Assembly: GCA_000320545.1 (NCBI GenBank)
Contig: ADNK01002373.1
Coordinates: forward strand, 1 to 64,000
Source: Bigelowiella natans CCMP2755
Lineage: Eukaryota > Protista > Cercozoa
Length of the DNA: 64,000 nt
Direction of reading: 5' to 3'
The notes under the pieces are model-generated. The model was given only the letters and a program-made list of their open reading frames with translations, did no database searches and was not told where the DNA came from. The translations under genes were made by a program, and so were the position numbers. Below are positions 56,893 to 64,000 of this stretch, in pieces (within the stretch, counting starts at the first letter, position 1; each line of letters opens with the position of its first letter).

Positions 56893-59800
56893 ATGTCCTC
56901 CTACTGGTCAGGCTCTGGGGCCACATGGGACCGCCTGAAGGTTGCTTTGGTTTAAACTAAGTTTATATGACACCTTTCAAATGTGCGACTGTTGTTGTAA
57001 TCGTATTAATATATAATTGTAACATGAAAATATGGTACCGGAAGTGCATGAGTCTTTAGTCCCGAAGCGCGTTTACTTAGCTTCCTTCGCTAATGTACTC
57101 GCTATCTTTTTCCATATACTATGATTTTTGCTTTTCAAAGTCCCTGGCCCAAGACACCGACTGGAAGAAGCTCCAGAATTATGCGCAAACTGCGGTAAAG
57201 CATGTGGGGACTGGCATTGACCGAGCTATTGGTGTGCCAGGGGAGGTTCGTTTTGACTTAATTATCCACCCCTATGGTATTGAGAGGCTAATGGAAAACA
57301 CATATCAGGCGAATGAAGGACTGACAGCGCAGCAGCAAACAGTTGGAAAGGTCTCTCTTGCGTCTAAATTGCAATACTATTTTTGAAACACACACATCCG
57401 CAGTTCATTCCCTTCATGATTCAATGGTTGCCACTGGTTTCCTCAGAAAGTGACACGAAAGCTAAATGTTAAACGACGGTCGAGCACATCGTCATTAGAA
57501 GGAGGCAGAAGGTTGTTAGCAATATAAGCAATATATCCATCCAGCGTGTAGAAATTAGAATACTGCATCTAGTAAGTAGAAATTATAATACTGAAATCTC
57601 TCTCATCAGACACGGCAACAGCTCGCAAGTTCCTTCATCCTCGAATGAAGTGATGCCTACTGTAGCCCAGAAGACTAATGAATCGGAAAGACGACAGCAG
57701 CAGCCATTGAAGCAACAGAATCAACATGGAAAAACGCAGAGGCACGATTGGGGGGAGGATACCCGAGGTAATCAGGCAATGGAGATTGTCAACGATGATG
57801 CATTGAAGGAGGACGGGGAAGTAGAAACCAAATCTGCGAACTATCCTCATCAACATGGGGTGAGCATAAACAAGGGTAGAGGAATTCACAAAGGTGAATC
57901 GGGAGAAAGGGTCAAGCATCAAAACGTTCCGTCCGACAAAGAGAATCGAGGAAATCCCCCTCCTACTGGAACTGGTGTTGGCATGGTTGATGTTTCTCTG
58001 GATGGAGAAGGGGACGAGGAACAGTGTGATCAAAACGCGCACGGAAAGAAGAAAAGACCAGATGGTAGGGAAAGAGGGGACAACGAGGAAGAAGAAAAGG
58101 AAGAGGAGAGGGATGGGAAAGAAGAGATGCCGCAGTTGCATCCAAAGGGTGGCAGCGTAAATGATTCAGAAACCAAAGATGATAAAGAAATAGCAGGCTC
58201 TTCCTCTAGTAGCAGCACAGTCACCACAAAAAAAAATGCTCCTGACGAGAAGAGTGAAGGAAACAACCGTGCCGGAAGCTCGACAGATAACCATAAAGCT
58301 AATCATCACCCCCAACAGCAGCAGGGGCATTCTGAACTGAGCAAACATATAAGTAAAAACCATGACACAGCGTGGGGGGAGGAAGTAGCGAATAATACCC
58401 AGCAGGAAGTATTACCGACTCATGCACACAATCATCTCAACAATCATAATCAACCAATTGAGGCAGCACCAGCACCAGCAGCAACAACATTTGTACCTTC
58501 TATATCTGGCAAGGAGGAAGAGGAAGGGGACAGCATAGAGGTTCATGGTAGGAAATTGCCAGCTGAAAGAAAAGGATGCTCCTCATCCTTACCCAACTCC
58601 CTTGACGACGACAAAAACGGTGAAGGAGTAAAAGAAAAATACTCCGTTAGCACCACCACCACCACTACCACCACCATTAAGACTGATAATGAAGATGGAG
58701 CTGATTCGAATGGGGCACACATAATAAGCGATGATGGAAACGACGTTAAGGCACCAAAGGAGGCGACTAAGCAGAAGGGGGCAGGAGGTCCAATAGGAGA
58801 AGGAGGAGGAGGAGAAGACCAAGATAATGAAGAAGGCCAGCACCCTGTTAGTGGCAGTAGTAGTAGCAACAATGATAGCAATGCAGCAGCTGTTATCGAT
58901 CCTATCACGCTTGAAATTCTATCTCAAGCAAAGGAGGAATATGAGAAACTCGAGAGCTATACAAATCAGGTAGGTAGTAGTAGAAACACAGCAAACAACA
59001 CAGTCAAGATTCGAGAATTAAGGAATAACCATATCGTGAAACTAACTCACCCACTCAATACTACAAGTAAATCGCAGCTGCTCAATGTGACCACCACCTC
59101 TGTTTTGCCGTTATCCTTTATTCAATCCAGATAGAGGAGCAGAACAAAGCTCTTCGGAAGTCTTTGGAAAAGGCGAAGAGTGTTGAGGGCACATTGGCGG
59201 CACGAGAACAGCAGATCGAGTCACTGAGTCGAGAAAACGCGCGCGTCTCCGAAGAGAATGGGTCGTTGAAGGACCTACTCGGAGGTGCAGAAGACCGAAA
59301 CAAGACTTTGCTAGGAAAGATTTCCATCCTAACGTCCAAACTCTCAGAGATAACCAAAGTAGTAGCTACGAGTCCTTGTCCTTGAATGTTCAATATGACG
59401 ATAAACTTTTCCCATACAATGATAATTACTTATCGCCCAAACATTATAACAATATAAGTTTGCATGTTGTTAGTTGCTCCTCCATCTCCTCCTCCTCCTT
59501 CTCCTCTTACTCTTCCATACCGTTACTTCTTCTTATGCTTCTACTACCGTTATATCTCTAATAATAATTCTTTCTCTTTGCTAATTACCTATTACTACCA
59601 CAGCTGAAGCAGCAGCTGAAGGACAAGGACAAGGCCTTGGAGCGGTCGCAACGGGCTCTTGGTGCAAAGGAAAAAGATGTAAAGTTGGCCATCATGGAGG
59701 GCCAGAAGATGTCGAAGAAACAGCACGGAAAGGATGTATTGATTCGGTCGCTCAGAAAGGAGCTCGAGGCACAGCAGCATAAAATAGAGAAGCAGGGCCG

Positions 59801-60048
59801 TGAACTAGATGCTAAGATCAGCGATGCAAATAATGCACAGAATCGAGCCAAGGCTGCAAGTTCTGAGGGTGCGTATAGTAGTATTAGTGGTAGTGGTAGT
59901 AGTAGTAGTAGTAGTAGCAGTAGTAGCAGTAATGATAGACGAGCGGTCTCGAGCCAGCAACGTAGCCTACCCATCGTGATGATGTGTGTTTAGTTGATTT
60001 CGTAATAAGCCTCTCTTCTTTCTCTACGTCCTTCGACGGCGGTGAATA

Positions 60049-60079
<31 letters not shown>

Positions 60080-60107
60080 TGATTACTGAGATCCCCTTTT
60101 CCTGCTA

Positions 60108-60142
<35 letters not shown>

Positions 60143-60493
60143 TACTGTCCGACCAAACAACTCTTATACCACTTAACCTCCTTTCTTAGCTGAGGAAACG
60201 ACGAGTAAGCTATCTTTATTGACGAAGAAAAACTTAGTTATAAGTGACCGGCTGCTGGAGGCAGAGAGTCAGGCACATAAATACCAACAGCTTGCGACAG
60301 AACATGCAAAGATTATCAAAACGCTCAGGTTGCAGCAAAGAGGACAAGACTCAAAAATCAAGAAGATTTTTGCTAGCCTTAACGAGAGAAAAAAGGTGCT
60401 TAAAGTTAGTTGGGTGGGATAGGAGACGGATGAAGAAATCAAGAAATCATGTTGGATGTTGAGCTCGCTCTTATGTTCTTCGGATGCTAAGTT

Positions 60494-60528
<35 letters not shown>

Positions 60529-62211
60529 ATATATGTCATTGCATCGTCAGGAAAAAGAAGAACTGCAAGGTAAGTTGGACTCGTTGGAAAAGGAAAAGGA
60601 TCGTTTCGTTTCGTTGTATGAAAATTCACGTCGTTCGCTTAAGGATGCTGAGGTGCGAAGCCACCAGAAGGAAGAAGCCGCTGCATCACAGGAGAAGACC
60701 TTACAAAAACAGATGCAAGATTTGAGGCAAAAAGCTCATGAAGCTGATCTTCGCAATCAAGAGCTTGCTGAGGCCATACCGAGTGCCACGCAACCTCTTC
60801 TACGGCAAATAAAGATGCTGACATCTAACGCGCAGAGTACGAAAGAACAATGGCTTCAAGAGGAACGACGGTATATCATGAATAACAATGACTATAATCA
60901 TGATAATCAACAACACCAACCATAAATTGCTTCGTTGACTACTCGATGATGTACCTAGTTCTTCCTACTACTGCAAATGACATATTATTCTCCCTCTCTC
61001 TCTCTCTCCCCGCTGTTCCTACTACCTCAAACAACTAGATACAAAGCTGAGATTGTACAGCGTAAAGGGGAGCTCAAGAAAGCCCAGGCGGATAGTGCAA
61101 AGAAAGACATGGTGATGAAGCGACATCGTCAATTAGCGGAGGAAGCCACAGAACGCCTGTCTAAGTCGGAAGAGCGTTATAAGAAGTTGCAGATGGATTA
61201 TAAAGAGGAATGTCAAAAAGCGGTGCGATTGGAGCGTGACCTAAAGACCCTAAGGGATGAGACGAATGACCTTAAGGTAAACATACTGAGAGGAGGGGTG
61301 GGAGAGGAGAGCGATGCATATACTCGTTTCCCCATTACGATTATTATGATTTTCAATGATTGTCTCGCTCAACACTCTCTCCTTCCTACTTCCAGGCAAA
61401 TCGCGAAAATTTGTCCAAACAAAGAGAACGAGCTGAGGAGAAGCTACAGCAGTTGTTAGTGAGCACACGCCTAGAGCAAAACAAGTTAAGGCAGACGTTG
61501 CAACTTGAACGAAGGAGACGTAAGGAGATCGCAAATCAACTCAAGAGTCTAAGAGCACGTGTTGCGACTGCTACTACTACTACTACAGCATCGGAAGGGA
61601 AAAGCAACAATGCTGTTTCTCTTACGACTGCTGTTGCTGCTGCTGCAAATGACAAGATAAGTGGTACCCTGCATCGCAACAACAACAACAGCAACTTCGA
61701 TGGAGTTAAACAGACACCTGAGAGTGAGGAGCAAGTGATGCTTACATCGCTCAGAGGAGACGTCGTGATCAATGGTGGTGCTCGTAGTAGCAGCAACAAC
61801 AACGACAAATCCATTGAATTAAACAGTGAACAGCATTGGCAAGTCATGGAGAAACTTCGGTCAGAAAATCGACGAAAGGACGGCGAGCTGTTTTCACTTC
61901 GGCAGCGCATGGCAATCCTTGAGGAGCACCGAAAGATCTTGTCTGACAAGCTGCATCAGCTAACGACTGCCAATGCGGAGAATGAGACCAAACTGCAAGA
62001 TGCAGAAAAGGTCGAGAGAGAGCTCAAAGAGCTTAACACAAAGTACTACGTCGTTGTGGACCTTCTAGGTGAGAGAGAGGAAGAGCTGCATCATGCTAAG
62101 GAAGATCTCGAGCACGTGAAAGATACCTTTCGCAAGCAGGTTGAATCACTTCTGGATCAGATCGAAAAGTTGAGAGCAAGCGGCAGCAGCAGCAGCAGCA
62201 GGCGGGAATAA
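56893..62211 (+). CDS. TMF1: TATA element modulatory factor 1 / golgin (TMF1, Sgm1, GC5 family), multi-exon
   Basis: N-terminal YAQTAVKHVGTGIDRAIGV; IMEGQKMSKKQ..LIRSLR; ADLRNQELAEAIPSATQPLLRQIKML; C-terminal LKELNTKYYVVVDLLGEREEELHHAKEDLEHVKDTFRKQVESL. Confidence 0.9.
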
Positions 62212-63138
62212 ACAAAAAACAAAGTGGGATGGTAGCATCTATTAACAGCAGTTGGAGATGATGGTGATGATGATGATGATGATGATGATGTCATCTGCTG
62301 ATACATCGGCTCTCCGCTAGATAGGTCAGCAGTGATATTGAAAACTATATCAAGCTCGATCGGTGACAACAGCCACAAATTGGATCGGGAAATAAGGCTG
62401 CCTGCCCATCATGCAAGCATTGCCCAAATACCACCATGCGCGTAGCTGGTCATCATACACAGCAGCCCCTCGCATCATAGACGCTGCACAGCACAGTGCG
62501 CATGCATTATTCTAGCACTGACGGGCTGCCAAATTTATCTAGATCGATGTAATATGCATAGTGTAGCTTATAGAGCCATAAAGGCTATCTAGCTATAAGC
62601 GCATGTAACGCAGTGTGTGGTGTGCAAGTGCACAAGTACCAATGACAATTGCAGTTACTGTAATCGCCAATGTGGCGGTATGGTGTGCAAAGCACACCCT
62701 GCTAGCCTGGCAAAGCGATGTGATTGCAACAAACATGTGACACTACCATCAGCCATACCATCAGCAGTTGTGACAATTCATCGTTATTGTAGCTCATTGC
62801 GCGTGCACGCACGTGCGCATGTGTTTGTATGAGTGTATGAACCAAAATCGCGCGAGCAAATAAAATCAAGATCTTTGTCACAACAACATTTTTTTCACAC
62901 CTCGCGTGCGCTGTAGCTGTGACAAGATGCGCGCGCGACACAAGCATGCACACTTGATCATTAGCAGCAGCACTTGGATCCAATCATGCATGCTTTGTGC
63001 ATGACGAACGTGTGCACCAAAATGTAAGTCATAGTTGCTGCTGTAACCTAGGTTGAACATCATTGAAGCGACTAATGGCGTCACATCTGCTGCTGGAGAC
63101 CCTGTGTCTAGATCGATGCTATGCATGCAGCATGCTAG

Positions 63139-63178
<40 letters not shown>

Positions 63179-63329
63179 CTTTAACACAGATTATGCTAAG
63201 TTGTGCTCCTAATGACTAACTACATGTTCAGCTAAGCTCGTATGCTATTTTGCTGTGTGTCAAAGATCACAAAAAGTCACTTCTACAACTTTGTATTCCG
63301 CGGGATACTACAAGGGCTGCTACTGATCT

Positions 63330-63830
63330 CTCAAACATAGGCGATATGCATTCCTAAATAGAAGATGCACAATAACACATCATTCAGCACGGCAATGTAT
63401 ATTTTAAGCAGAAAGCAAAATGAAGAGAGGACCTACCAACTGTTCTTTCATGTTCTGCTATTACTGAGAAATAAAGTATGCCACAAAACAGAACTACTAC
63501 CGTTTCAATTGCCGTCGTGACGTGGATCATCAGAGTCCTAATTTGAAACATGGAAGAACAACGCAACGAATATCAACACAGCAGCTAATGAGATGCATTG
63601 AATACACAAGAGACTTTATGAAAAAAGGAATCATAGAAGAAGACGAATGAGACCAAGACCATTGGGACAACCAACACACTGTGAACTATAACAACTACAA
63701 TACCTTTACATATCTCTACACACATGCCAATAATTAATGTTGTGATTAGGTATATAGAATGTTTTTGACCTATCTTTGTAGGCGTTGCATTGCCGGTACT
63801 TCGCAGCTATAAATTCTAAGGCTGAACGAT
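63330..63830 (-). CDS. Possible 3' exons of a membrane-protein gene extending beyond the window
   Basis: Short AG/GT-bounded open segments, one hydrophobic (IRTLMIHVTTAIETVVVLFCGILYFSVIAEHERTV). No family recognised. Confidence 0.3.
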
Positions 63831-64000
63831 AATAACATCAACAACAATAATAATAATAATAATAACAATAATAACCGGGGAAATGAAAAATAGCGTGACC
63901 AGCTGCATACACTATCACCATTCTAAAGCTGCTGCACAAAGAGAAAAGGCTCTCTTTCCATTTCTACGACGACGACGAAGACGATGACTACTTCTACTGC

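Overview
Eukaryotic nuclear DNA from an intron-dense microbial eukaryote. A chlorarachniophyte/rhizarian-type genome is my guess from gene style only. Introns are GT-AG and many are packed with microsatellites, so most ORFs in the supplied track are artefacts. By manual splicing I find 11 protein genes: VPS11 (5' end outside the window), an ankyrin protein with a C-terminal CaaX box, a TBC1D5-like Rab-GAP with extra SHOCT/UVR/PH modules, a GYF_2 + EF-hand protein, a DUF1295 membrane protein, NudC, SERRATE/ARS2, a secreted lamin-tail-domain + EGF-repeat protein, a basic hypothetical protein, an ankyrin + 2x RanBP2-zinc-finger protein, and TMF1/golgin. A twelfth gene may end at the right edge. 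A 5'-truncated LINE relic with an 18-bp target-site duplication lies at 37.3-37.9 kb. The most striking signal is in non-genic DNA downstream of gene 3' ends. There TpA is almost eliminated except inside CTAG or its half-sites, TpG/CpA are abundant, CpG is retained, and relic ORFs carry His/Cys where Tyr is expected. This looks like a context-specific TA->TG/CA hypermutation of silent or transposon DNA, the opposite direction to fungal RIP. All counts and splice models were made by hand and need computational or transcript confirmation.
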